Below, one piece after another: positions 1-11,930 of a stretch of 64,000 nt of DNA. Made by a program: the position numbers and the translations under genes. Each line of letters starts with the position of its first letter. Position 1 is the stretch's first letter. The stretch spans positions 1 through 64,000 of the forward strand of contig CAJINV010000020.1 in assembly GCA_905178155.1 (NCBI GenBank), given 5' to 3'. The notes beneath the pieces are model-generated. The model ran no database searches and was not told where the DNA came from. It was given only the letters and a program-made list of their open reading frames with translations. The DNA comes from Amoebophrya sp. A120 (taxonomy: Eukaryota; Protista; Dinoflagellata).

Positions 1-128
1 GACACAAAAGTTCCAAAGTCCTGACTTTCCAAAGTCCTGACTTTTGTGTCCGCTAGCTAGAGCTAGCGGACACAAAAGCTCCAAAGTCCTGACTTTTGTG
101 TCCGCTAGCTAGAGCTAGCGGACACAAA
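1..128. repeat. Palindromic tandem repeat (TTTGTGTCCGCTAGCT-AG-AGCTAGCGGACACAAA hairpin units with CCAAAGTCCTGACTTT repeats), truncated by window edge
   Basis: Two copies of the hairpin unit at ~41-78 and ~93-128, read directly. Confidence 0.8.
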
Positions 129-1092
129 TAATCATGCTGCGAAGGGAACCTTCCGGGCCCCGCTTCAGACTCAGGAGAGGCGCAAACAGAAGATGGCGCA
201 GCAGCCCAACGCAGGAGCGCCAGAGCAGGCGCATCATTTTTATTTAGTCTCTGTAATTGCAATTTATTAAAATCGGTTTTTTTCTTTATATTATCCTAGA
301 TGCAGTTGCAGGGTGGACGGAAGAACCACGTGATATTAAAAATAAAGTTGATCCAGTAAGTCGTGCAGAGCAGAGGCGAATGGGCGAAAAGGGGGCTCCA
401 CTCGCCGAACTCTTGCCCCTGTCGCCCCTCCGAAAATTTCGCCCACGCGTCGCTTCTGAGCGCCGCACATTCATAGGAAGCTGAAATGCCCGGGGCAGGA
501 GCGCCGGCGCAGGCGCGTCGATTCTGTCACGGGTGGCGAATTTCCAAAATACAAATAGAAATATGGTCGTTACATGCCGAACCGTGGGCGCAACTCTTTC
601 GAGGCAGATAGGAATGCGCGAAAGGACTGCAAACGCTGAAGTCTTTTCTTTCACGCAACCTACTTTGATGCACTCCAGAAATTGCTTGTGGAAGGCTGAG
701 TTTCGAACCTTTGCAACCGCTTTTTGCAGATACTACAGGCACTAGGCCGAGCGGACACGAACGCTCAACATGAAAGATTTGTGACCGGTGTCACTTCAGA
801 AGAGAAGTGGCACGGAGGAGTTGGGGTTCCAGACACTCAAGCGGCGGGGAATGTAAATAATTGTCTTTGTGTTTGTCTTTGTTTTGGAAGAACAGATATA
901 ACGAACAGCCGGACCCTGCCGCAGCTGAACAAATTTGTATTGATACTTACTCAACATGTTCCCAACTTTAATTTTTCCCTTGGTCTCCAGATGCAGTCAG
1001 TATATGTGTTCCCTCGACGACTGATGTGATTGAGCATTTAATCTATAAGTATCTCTAACTCCTCGTCATGTTCATCGACGAGCAAAAACCGG

Positions 1093-2706
1093 TCAGGCCA
1101 CAAAGTCTCGCGCCTCCGCCTTCAAATATCCAAATCTATGACACACCAACCTTAGCAGGCGGACGGCCGGGCTGCGCAAGAGCATCTGATAATTTAATAC
1201 CGTGTGATCCGTGAACATGATGCCCTGCGGTTCATCAATGGTGGCGGCAGCATCGCAGCTACTCGGGTGACCACCATTACTTGAGTCGCGGGAAGCGCTG
1301 CTTCTCGCCGACCGCCTGGCGGATGTTGGACCGGCGCCGCCCATGCTGTTTCCGCTGTGGCGTGGTATTTCGAGGTCACCACGCCCCCGTGAGGCCACAT
1401 TTCGTATCCCTTCCTGAGTGCAAGTCGTGGGAGCTGCTCGGGCAAGACTACTCTCCAACTCGAGCAAAAGCGCGTGACCCTCCGCGAGAGCTCTCCACAG
1501 CTTACCGCTATCCGCGGTACGATGCACGCCACAGGAGTGGCTCGCCCAGTGCAAGTTGTGGCCAAGTTGTAGTGCGGCAACACTGACAAGTTCCAGATTG
1601 TGGTAAAAACTGCTTTTCAGCTCCGCGCCGTCGTCGCGATCCGCGGCGCCGACATGGAAAGGCGAGGCGTGGTACCCCAACATCCCGGTCTGAACTTTAG
1701 ATTCTGAAATAAAATCGCCGAACTGGACTGCTTCGCCGTCGGGGCCAGAATAGACTTGACTTGGGGGCGAAAGATCACCATCCGGTCTGGACGAGGATGC
1801 TGCTGTGCTCTTGCTTCGTTCGTCGGCTCGTACATATTGCGTCGATATCTGGGCTTCATCCCCACGAACTGCTGTTCCTACCTCGGCCGTGGCACCAGAA
1901 GATGCTAGTACACGAACGGCAGGAACAAGATCTCCAGTTGCTGCTGTGGCGGCCAGTTCCGCTCGTTGTCGAGCTGCCTTCTCGTGTGGCGCAGGAGAAA
2001 GTCTTCCTGAACAAACGGGCAGCGTCGCAGCGACTGTTTCATCCAACGCTGCTAAAGCCGTATGAAGTGCGTCGCGAGCCTCCTCAACAGTGGGGGCGAG
2101 GTGCTGCTGATCCGCAACACAAATAGGCGTTTGCGAGCCTCGGGGGCTCTTCGTGCGCTGCTTCACTGTTTCAAGGCGGTCGGCAAACGCGTTTGCGGAA
2201 AGCAAGATCCGTTTCGTCAGAATGTCCAGGCGGTGACGCGCACGTGCCCCGAGACCTCCGCGCTCGGCATGATACTCAGACAGATGGGTTTGAGTGCGAG
2301 CACCACTCCTCGTCGTTATCGTTGCACGCGGTATTTCCATTCGTACAGTTGCAGTTCCCAAGCAACTGTCAGTTGTCAATTCATCCTGTGGTAAAGCGAT
2401 TGAACCAGGATCATCTACTCGTCCCGATCCGGTACCGAGACCAGAAGCATCAGCAGGTGGGAAAGAGGACGAAGAATTACACTCAGGATGTCCTGAGATA
2501 CGGTGGGTGGAATCCACCACGTGCTGTAAAAGCTTCGGCGAACCAATTGCGCCTGCTGCAGTGTTCGGTGACATTGACGAGGTGGCTATGGCAGACAGTG
2601 CGGATACCCGTCGTTCGGGGAGTGGGTCGGTGCTGCTCCGCGCGTCCGCGATGTTATGAAAGAAAATGGAAGTTTCTCGAAATTGGTGACAGCGAAGTGC
2701 ATACAA
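1093..2706 (-). CDS. Hypothetical protein, Ala/Ser-rich (true start may be downstream, e.g. MSPNTAA at ~2571)
   Basis: 537-codon uninterrupted ORF; no recognised domain. Confidence 0.5.
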   Translation of the reverse strand: MYALRCHQFRETSIFFHNIADARSSTDPLPERRVSALSAIATSSMSPNTAAGAIGSPKLLQHVVDSTHRISGHPECNSSSSFPPADASGLGTGSGRVDDPGSIALPQDELTTDSCLGTATVRMEIPRATITTRSGARTQTHLSEYHAERGGLGARARHRLDILTKRILLSANAFADRLETVKQRTKSPRGSQTPICVADQQHLAPTVEEARDALHTALAALDETVAATLPVCSGRLSPAPHEKAARQRAELAATAATGDLVPAVRVLASSGATAEVGTAVRGDEAQISTQYVRADERSKSTAASSSRPDGDLSPPSQVYSGPDGEAVQFGDFISESKVQTGMLGYHASPFHVGAADRDDGAELKSSFYHNLELVSVAALQLGHNLHWASHSCGVHRTADSGKLWRALAEGHALLLELESSLARAAPTTCTQEGIRNVASRGRGDLEIPRHSGNSMGGAGPTSARRSARSSASRDSSNGGHPSSCDAAATIDEPQGIMFTDHTVLNYQMLLRSPAVRLLRLVCHRFGYLKAEARDFVA

Positions 2707-4230
2707 GTATGTATAGTATAGTCTGCTCCCGGTGCTATGATATCTTGCATGCCAATGCAGACTTTGTTCGTCTGTAAAACCGGACGTGCAGCTATCGACG
2801 TTTGTCCTTTCCGCGATAAGCAGTCAAAACATCCACTGTCGAAGAAAAAAACCGTGGTGTACGCGTTTGGCTGCATGCAAGTAGACAGAGAAGTGCGCAG
2901 CGGTGTCCAACCGTGGTACCAGATAGAAACACCATGCCCTCGGCGTCGCCCTCATAGTAGCTCGGCCGCCTCGATAAAGATTCCGGCGAGAAGAAAGTGT
3001 GCAAGAAAAAAGGTTGTCGGCATGATCAAATTTCAATTCGAACTCAAATTCATTGCTCTTATGTATAATATATCATTATCATATGCCAAGGTCTGACTCT
3101 GACTAGCTAATCATCCTGCCATAAAATTTTTTTTTCTCGGATAAAACGTGGCCAGGCTGCACTGCGAGCGTCGTCGACCGCGATGGGCATATGCAGACAT
3201 ACACACCAGCGCTGTCTGCAGTCAGCATGCTAAGCAACCTGCTGAACAAATGTTACCTTCTCTGCGACGCTTGACCTTCTTGATGCCTACCTATGAGTAT
3301 GATCTGCCTCAAAAATCATTGACATTGAGGTTTGCAATGCATGATCATCTACTTTTGCCACTGATCGCTGCAAACCTGTTGAAGTGGCAAGCTCAGTGAG
3401 GCGTTCCATATCTTCTATAATAATAATTCCGATGCGTTTTTACATAAAACATTACTCGACGACTGTCTATGTTGACGCGGTCGGTGCCTACTTCTGCTTG
3501 TGCTTCTCTTCTCTTGTGTCTGCATCTGCATCACACGAAGACGAAGTACGAATAGAAGTACTTTACAAATATTGAAAACCGAGCGCGCACGCAAACACAT
3601 ACTACGTAAGTACTACCCTTAGCAGCATGTTTATTGTTGCCGACTCTTCCGCCGCAACAAATTGCTGCTACCAACGTGGTAGCCAACAATCAAATTGTAT
3701 TTCTAGTTCAAATTCAAAGTTGGAACGAGGGGCATGACAGCGCTTGCGCTCGACTGCAGATCGCATTCGTGCGTGGGTACTTACCTGTCGTCTGATAAAT
3801 GGTCGCCATCAGCTCCCGGGTCGCCAGCGCATGCTGAGGGGCACATATTTTGCACGGGCACAGCTAGACTTGTTTCATCCTCTGGAGGTGAAGGCGGAGC
3901 CCTGTCGGCAATTGAATCATTCTCAAAACAAGTGCCCAAGAACCACGACAAGGAGCCCATCAATGCCCAAAAAATAGAAGTTGCGTCTTCGTCTTCATGC
4001 ACAGAGATTTGTGAGGTCGCTTGACAAATCCGAGATGATGATGATGATGTGTCGACCGCGTGAAAGCGGAATCTCTCGATCAGAGAAAATAAAGCAGGGA
4101 AATGTCACGTATTCTACAACACTTTCATGTGTGACGCTACGAAAATACGCAAGAAAGAGGAAGACCGAGTCCGAGACAGGTCAGAGAAACAGGACATCGA
4201 GATCATCATCATCAAAGTCATTTCACTTTC

Positions 4231-5034
4231 TTATTTTAAAACTGCTGAAGGTGGAAACTGGGTGGACATGAGTTGACCATGATAGAGTCCTGCAGGCGAA
4301 AAGGGCATGCGGTGCCTCGTAATAATCGACGCTTCATCTGTCTGGTGCAGACGAAACGCGTCTACACCTTGGTCTGACACCCCGTGGTCGTCGCGCAAAA
4401 CGGGACAAGCAGTTCCCTCCCCGTCCCCTGGGCACGAAATCAGGCGCTCGATTACGTTGATCCGGTCCACCTGGCCGCGGGTCGCGTCGGTATCCTGATT
4501 CGAGACGTTGATCCACTCCACGCCCTTCTTGTACGTTATCCCCAGTTCGGTCGCGTGGTAATCAAGAAACTCCTCCATTCGCATCCAGCCCTTGTTGGTC
4601 TTGCGGTTGAACTTGTACCCAGACCTTGTGCCACCACGAAATTCGTCGCCATGATCACTAAGGACGCTGGCGATCGTGCTGCGGTGACTTCCTATTCGCA
4701 ACTGCTCTACAAGCGCGGTCCTCAGTCGACCAGCACAACTGTCAGAGTTGGAATCAAAACCAACGTGGTCGATCGCGACTCGTCTATACTCCGATGGGTG
4801 CTGCTCCGCAAATCGCCTGTCGAAGTCTGCGCGAATGGTTTCTAGTCGACGAAGTGCGCGCTCCTCCACATCGTCGTAGCCGTTCCTCAAGTGCAGCGGA
4901 TACTTTTTGAAAACTGGCGCAGCGCTACCCTGCGATTCTTGCGCAGACATCATACGACTCGCCGTCGTTCTTGTCGGCTCACTCAGCATGATCAAACTTC
5001 GTGCAACTGCCATCACGAAATATTTCACGATCAC
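4231..5034 (-). CDS. Hypothetical protein
   Basis: 267-codon ORF with protein-like composition and GC3-rich codons; no recognised family. Confidence 0.45.
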   Translation of the reverse strand: MIVKYFVMAVARSLIMLSEPTRTTASRMMSAQESQGSAAPVFKKYPLHLRNGYDDVEERALRRLETIRADFDRRFAEQHPSEYRRVAIDHVGFDSNSDSCAGRLRTALVEQLRIGSHRSTIASVLSDHGDEFRGGTRSGYKFNRKTNKGWMRMEEFLDYHATELGITYKKGVEWINVSNQDTDATRGQVDRINVIERLISCPGDGEGTACPVLRDDHGVSDQGVDAFRLHQTDEASIITRHRMPFSPAGLYHGQLMSTQFPPSAVLK

Positions 5035-6126
5035 GTGTTTAAAGTTGCATGAACTGTTTTGCTGGCTTCTCTCTTCCTTGTATTCACGCGGCTACGCTCC
5101 TACACTCCTCCGGGACAACATTGACTCAGTTAATCTGCTTCTGTACCTCATAACATCTTCAATCATTGAAGCCCTCTCCCGGTCTCTCGTCCACCTATCT
5201 TGTCCGCCTCAATCAATCATACGGCGGTCGTCAGGAGGCTCCGATATAAAATAAACATACTCACTTTAACTTGTTTGCATACTTGAACATCCACGAGCAC
5301 GACGGAATCCCTGAATAGAGAGCAATACAGATGGGGGAGATCAACGCTCCGTGCTGATAAGTGTAGGATGCCGTAGAAAGATCATCATCAACAAAATTTG
5401 TTTTTGTAGAGACCAATTTGAATTTGTATATTATGAATTGATATTTTTTCGCGCTGAAAATACGTTGATGATGAAGTACTTCAAAATATTAAGCGTCTTG
5501 CGTTTTATGTGAACTCTCAAGAATTCTAGCAAACGCAGGATACATATACATCCTGTTTTGTACAATACATAAGCGTCTTGCGTTTTATATGAACTCGCAG
5601 GAATTCTAGCAAACGCTTCGCTATGTACATTTCAGATAATAGAGATATTTTTTTTTTGCATTTGAAGTAAACAAAACAAAAACTAAATGACAAATACTAC
5701 ATCGCTAGTAGCAATTATTAAACTTTCGCGTTTTCCTTGCACTTGGTTTTCTGCCTGTGGAATTGAACTTAGCGCGCTACGCAAAAAACAATGAAGAGGA
5801 AGGAAGGAGGCAAAGACAAATAGTAATAGTTATCATTTTTCGAAATCATGTCCATACCGTGCTAAGAGCATGCTCACATTGGAGCGAAGGAGGAGAAAAA
5901 TGATCGAGAAGTAGGACTTGGCTGTGCTGTGCCGAGGAAGAGGTAAAATAGCATTACAGATTTGCAGTGAAGAAAGCGAGAGCGAAATGAGAGCGAAAGT
6001 TTTCATGTTTAGATTCTTGCGGTCTGCTGATGGTGAACGTCTTCACCTATCGCCTTAAGCACCGGCCTAAACCTACATCTCGTTTGCCGACAGGATGCAG
6101 ATCGATCATGATCCGCGGCTCCAGCC

Positions 6127-9100
6127 TTATTTTAGGGGTGGATCAGTCAGCAGGGTGGAAGCTGGCCATGTTGTAGTATTAGCGGAAGTTGTAGTAATCG
6201 ACGCTCCTGCTGCTGCGTTTGTGATTATCGTTCCAGGAGCGCCGCTGCTTTCCGTGCCGAACAAGTCGTCTCGTAAAAGTTGCAAGTTCTCCCACAGCCT
6301 CTGGCTGTTTTGCTTCCCGGCCACGGATTGGAGGAATTCCTGGTCGTTCCACGCGTGATCCGGGTGCCAGTCGTTCAAAATCCGGCTCAACGGCACGTCG
6401 CCGCCCATCCAGTCGGGCAGCTGTGCGGGCTCGATGTAGGGGTAGATGTCCCGAACGCTCCGCTTCAAAACGACCTTGACGTTGACCTTCCCCACGAGCC
6501 TCAGAATGGCGTGCTGCCAGACAGTCTCCAATCCCCAGGGCAGGCCAACCACGAGAACTCGGGCGCAGGACTCCGGGTACTGTGCGCTTACGCGCAGGAT
6601 CAAACGTATGGTCCTCCATACTGACGGCGTCCAAATAAAGCCGCCACCCGCGGCGACGTCGATCAACATGGTGAATTGGGTAACCAAAAGCTCGTCTCCA
6701 TTTTGTTGGGTAACAGCACTGCCCCGCACCTCCTGTGCCTCAACGTTCTTCCGGGAGACTGCCAGGTACTTGTACCTCCGCGTGTGTTCCATTTGGAGGT
6801 ACGCCATGGCTTCGATCCCTCCCTTGTCGAAATTCGTCTCCACGTCGGACGTGGAGAAGATTGGACGGATGACGTAAATCGGCCTTCCATCTCTATCTCT
6901 TCCGCACCACCCGAACGTGCAGAAGTTTCGCAACCTTTGTTTCTGCCGGTCTGCCAGCAATCGCTGTTTTTCAGTGACCGCGAGCGCCTTGTCAAACACC
7001 TGCTTCGGATCGATTTTTGTTTTTTTCTTTTTTTGTGGCCCTCCATCCGTGGAAGTAGTTGCGCCCGGTACTTCTAGTACAGCACGTCTCCAGGTCACGT
7101 GATCCCGCAGCATTTCTAGCGCGAGCTCAAGGTTGCCCTTCTGCACTCGGATGAATCGGTAGAGGTCATGTTTGGTCAGGTGCTGCAACGTATCCCGCCA
7201 GCCTGTTCGCTCCTCCAACTCCTTCGCGAGGGCTGCCACGTTGTCGGAAAAGGTAGCTGCGGCGTTGCAAAGGCTGAGACTGCAATCGTCCTCGATGGAC
7301 GGCAAGGGTGCCCTCGAATTCCACCTCGCGATGGCGGCCTCGCGAGCTTGGCGATTCTCGACCCTGTTCCGAAAAGCAGCGCTGTCTCCTGCACCCGATG
7401 ACGCCAGTCCGGTGGGAGTGCACCCGTTGCGGTGGCCGCGAGCGAGGAGTACGCCGGTTAGGGCGCACTCCTGCATCAGCAGCAGTGGTTGTTCGAACTG
7501 TTGGACGAACCTGTTGCGCAGCAGGAGCTTGCCGGCGGTAACAACCAAACGGGTGGTGGGGGCGGAAGCTGCAAGTCCTTTCCCTCCAGCTTTGCGGCTA
7601 CGCTGGTAACGGCGCAGAAAGGTCACAAACAGCGCGCGTCTGTAAAACTCTGCAATTAGTTGCTTCACTCGGATCTTTCTTCGTGCTCGCTGCAATGCGG
7701 ATAGTTGTTTGCGTTTTTGCAACGTTGCAAACTCCCGCACTGTGTACACTTTGCTTCTACTCTGCGGAAGCACCTTTATGCATCCTGACGTGAGTCGTCG
7801 CCTTAGTAGGACGATGGCTCGGAATATCAGCAGATTTTGGTCGAGCGCCTGCCGCAACTGTTTCCGTTGCTGCTGCTTCCACTGCTTGATGCGACGACTG
7901 AGGAATCTGTGAACGGTTACGTAGTGCTTCACGGCATTCCACAACGCGATTCGTCGCTTTACCTTTTCCCGCTCTCGCAGAATCCACTTTTTCAGTGCAC
8001 GGCACATGGTGGGGTAGAGTCGGAATGCGATGTCCTGGTTCCTCCTGCACGCGATGCGACGCCGGGCGTTTCGCAAAAGCCTCACGATGACGCGACCTAC
8101 ACGCCACGTCTTGCGAAGTTTTTCGATGGCTGCAGCAACCCGTTGATCGCGAAGCGTTTTTTTGGCGCGCGAAGCCCACCGGTTCAGTCGGTAGTAGTTG
8201 ACGGCGCAGATTTTCAGCATTTTCAGGTTCCTTTCCTTTTTCGCTCCGGCCAAAAATTTGGGAAGGTACAAACACACAGCCACGGCCTGGAAACAGCGTC
8301 GTCGCTTCTTTTGCAAGATGACTTTCTTGAGGCGCTTCAGCACTTCCGGCGGGATCGCGTCGCCGCTATCAGTCAGCTGGTCGAGGACGGCCAAGCAACC
8401 ACTTTTCAAAAACAGTCGGCTGGCTCCGATCACGTAATCTGATTTCGGGACTTCGAAAGCTAACATCAGCGCACCAAGGAACGTTCGCGGCTGCTCGTCC
8501 TTGAAATCCGGAAGCTTGGACTGGTACCGCTCTACCAGGTAGTCGAAACTGCAGCGGTTTGGATAGCCCTCGTGCATGATTTTTACCAAATCAATGCCAC
8601 CTGACTGCCGCATTTGGTCCAAGATCACTCCTCCCTCCCACAGGCTCGGCTTCTGGCTCAAATTTGGTTTGAAGCAGCGAATGTAGTGCAAAGAACAGGC
8701 GTCGAGCGTGGACAGCAGCAAGTCGAGGTCGGCCAGGTATTTGCGCCCAACGCTTGTCGCAGCGGATTGTGCTTCGCCGTGGAGCCGCGCGACGAGCTTG
8801 TGGTCACTGCAGGAAATCAACATTTCTGCTTCTGTCGATAGCGCCGCGTTATTCTTTTCGAGCCATCCCTCTGTTGAGTAGTTCACTTCTCCGGCGTAGT
8901 GTCTCACCACGAGGGTCAAATTGGCATCTGATTTTGATGGTAAAGGTATGAATATACTCCATGCATGGCGTCGCTACGATGTACCATCTAGCTGTACCAT
9001 CTAGCACTCAGCCATTGCAAAAATAAAGCAAGATTTGCTCGTGTTGATGTATATTCATTTTAAAAGCATCCGTACCATAGTCCTGGTTCTTCTTTGCGCC

Positions 9101-11930
9101 TCCGCGCTTCAGTCTACACATGTGTGCGCCAAAGTTCTTATGGACATCCGCCGTAAAGCGCTCGTCAGTGGTTCGCACATTCTTCGCGAGCAGTATGGAA
9201 CAAAGAAACAAATGCTTGCTGAGGATTGAAAAAACATTTTGGGGACTTTCTGATGCAAGTCAAAATCTTTTTGGCCGCAAGAAAGAACGATCTCTCGAGT
9301 GAGTATTTGAAATTGTTTGACGCGTTCCCTGCCAGGGGAAGGGTTGCTCTTGTACTTGTTTCCTTCTGCGTCCTTCCTTACATATCGCACAGCTTTTATT
9401 GATACGCAAGCACTTGTTTTCTAAGTCGTAGTCATGCGCCCGTGCTCGTGTAGCGTGTTGAGCGTGTTCCCAATCGCGTCCAAGAGTGGCTCTGTCAAGA
9501 GTATTCAAATTCATTTACATTGTGTTGCTTAAAAAGAACAATCTTTATCTTGGTATGCATCGATCTGCAAGAAAATATGGATGTGTCAGGATCGAAATCG
9601 ACAAAATCGAAAAACTTGTGATGCATAAAATGTAGGGCATTGAAGGCCTGTATTGGAGAGCAGGCAAATGAGGCCGATTGTAAGCCTGTTTAGGGGTATG
9701 CAATCTGCTGCCAGAGTAGCATGACAGCGGCAGTCTTCTTTGTCCAAACAGCATGACAGACTGGAGCTGGGTGCTCCCGAGCTTTGTCATGCGCCACTTG
9801 GAAACTGAGGCTCCAACTGACATCGATTTTGTGCATCACAAATTTTTCGATTTTGTGAATTTCGATTCTGACACTTCCATAGAAAATTGTGCAAAAATAT
9901 AAGAGATACAGCCGCATACGACAAATAATACCACTTGACTCGACTTGTAGTGAAATTGCGGGAAGGCCTTCTTTGCGGTACATCTCCTGCTCTGCCAATA
10001 TCACTTTGTCACAGAAAAACTCCTGTAGTCGCTCGTTCGCCAGGTTGATGCACAGCTGTTCGAAGGAATTGAGTTTCAATTGTTCGAAGCCGTAGATGTC
10101 CAAGATTCCTATGTGACGCCGACTAGATTCGGCTAAGTTCTGGGTTTGACCCGCCACGAGGAGGGAGCTGTTGATCTGCGCCACAATGTGCTCGAAGAGG
10201 CGTTTGTACAGCATTTTCACCAAGGCTTCCTGTGCATTCTTCGCTTGTGCTGGTGTCCGGTCAGTTTTGAAAACGGAATCACGGCCCTGGTTGTTTCGTT
10301 TGGGCCGGATCAGTGTCTTCTTGCACAAGGACTCGCAGAGAGAGTTCACCGACATGCCGAGCAGACGCGCAGCTTCAGCAACGTGGGGCGATTCTACTAC
10401 TTGGATACCCTGTCCACTCGCCGCATCCTCAAAATCCAGTTCAAACAGGTGGATCAGCCCACCGAGCGTCTCGAGCACCTCTTCGATTTGTTCCGGGGAG
10501 AAGTTCATAACTTTCAATCCGGTGCAGAACGCTGTAAAGTTCGTCGCTTCTTCCGCCCCCCGGAGTGGAGTGGATTTCTGCGTCACCTGATCTCTTCCAT
10601 AGAGAAGTGCGTATTTCGAGTTTTTCTGCAAGCCAAGTTTCGTCAGCTGCTCGGCGGAAGCTCCGCATAGTATTTCGTACCAAATATGGTACCTTTGTGA
10701 TTTTCGTTAATTTATTAAATCAAACTTTATACCATGCTACACCAGGTGATTCTACTAGTACTCACTGTGAAAGAAAATGTCAATGCTGCAATACCAGGAC
10801 ACTCAGAAAGAAAAAAAAATAGGAAAGAATTATAATCCGAACACTATTCGTCAAGAAATCAGAACAGAATGAGTCTCTACGTCCGTTCCCCAGCTCCAAA
10901 TTTTGAAACGCGACTGCTCTCGAGCAAGTAGGTGCGGATCTCGCCTCCCACGATGTCGCCTCTCGCGTTGAACATCAGCATGCTGAATTTCCCAAAGCGG
11001 CTCGAGTTGTGGTTGCGGACCGTCGTCGCATTCCCCAGTGATTCGAGGATCGGTGTCGCACAGCGGAGGATCATATTATCTACCGAAGCTGCCGCTGCGC
11101 CGTTTTCTGCGACCTTGGCTCGCGTACGCGATTGCTGTATTAGATACGCCATCACGACCTTCGCATTTTCTGTTTTTCCCGCACCAGACTCCCCAGAAAT
11201 CACAATGGCCTGGTGTGTTCGTCCATGAACGAGTTTGCGCCGGGCGATTTCCGCCAACGCAAATGCGTGTGGCGGTCGGGATTGAAGTGATGCCAGGTTT
11301 AGGTAGTCACTTTGCCGCTCATTGCTGTACAAATGGTCGAGCTTCTTGTAGGGATTGATGGAAAATAGCACGCTTGCGGTGTAGGTGTAAATCTCATCTT
11401 GGAAATACCTGAATGTGATGATTAATTTTGGTTGAAAATCAAAATAGAGTTGAAGGATATAAATCCATTCCCTTGATGCTGTGTCATCCATCTAGCGATT
11501 CAGTGCAGAGCGACGTAGTGGCAGCCTCACCACTTAGCAAAGTACTAGGCTAGAATAAAAACGGAAAAGACAATTACCGCAGACGGCAGTTTTCTAAAAT
11601 TCCAGCGTCGCTAAACGAAGCGACGCTTGCGCAATCCTCGAAGTGAGACTCTTCATTCTTGTCGCTGCGACCGCGCAAAGCAGCCTCATTCGCAAACACC
11701 CTTGTCTCGATGTAGGCCTTGCTCGAACGACTAGATGCCAGCGACTTTCCACGCAACAGTTTGCTGGCACCTTTCTGCTGACTTTTGGACAAGATGCCCA
11801 CTTCGTAACTGTCGCCTGCCGATCGAGTAGCGTAGTTTACGATTTCACCGGGTACAAAGCCGTCCACTGGATCTTCTACCCAAACCGTCACGGGGAGCTT
11901 ATCATCCCGGTTATCGTGCTCTGCCGACAT
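6127..11930 (-). CDS. Myosin heavy chain with long basic neck/tail and C-terminal CRAL-TRIO (Sec14) domain; multi-exon
   Basis: Motor motifs [69 protein letters not shown] introns 11409-11577, 10693-10880, 9492-9931; two less certain introns at ~9194-9435 and ~8910-9070. CRAL-TRIO motifs LYRFIRVQKGNLELALEML..HVTWR, GRDRDGRPI, YPE..ARVLVVGLPW, QLPDWMGG. Confidence 0.9.
9554..9918. mobile_element. TIR element (introner-like) nested in myosin intron 3
   Basis: TATGC...GCATA ends; ~50-bp imperfect inverted repeat ATGGA(T/A)GTGTCAG(G/A)ATCGAAAT..ACAAAATCGAAAAA.TTGTGATGCA; no clear target duplication. Confidence 0.7.
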
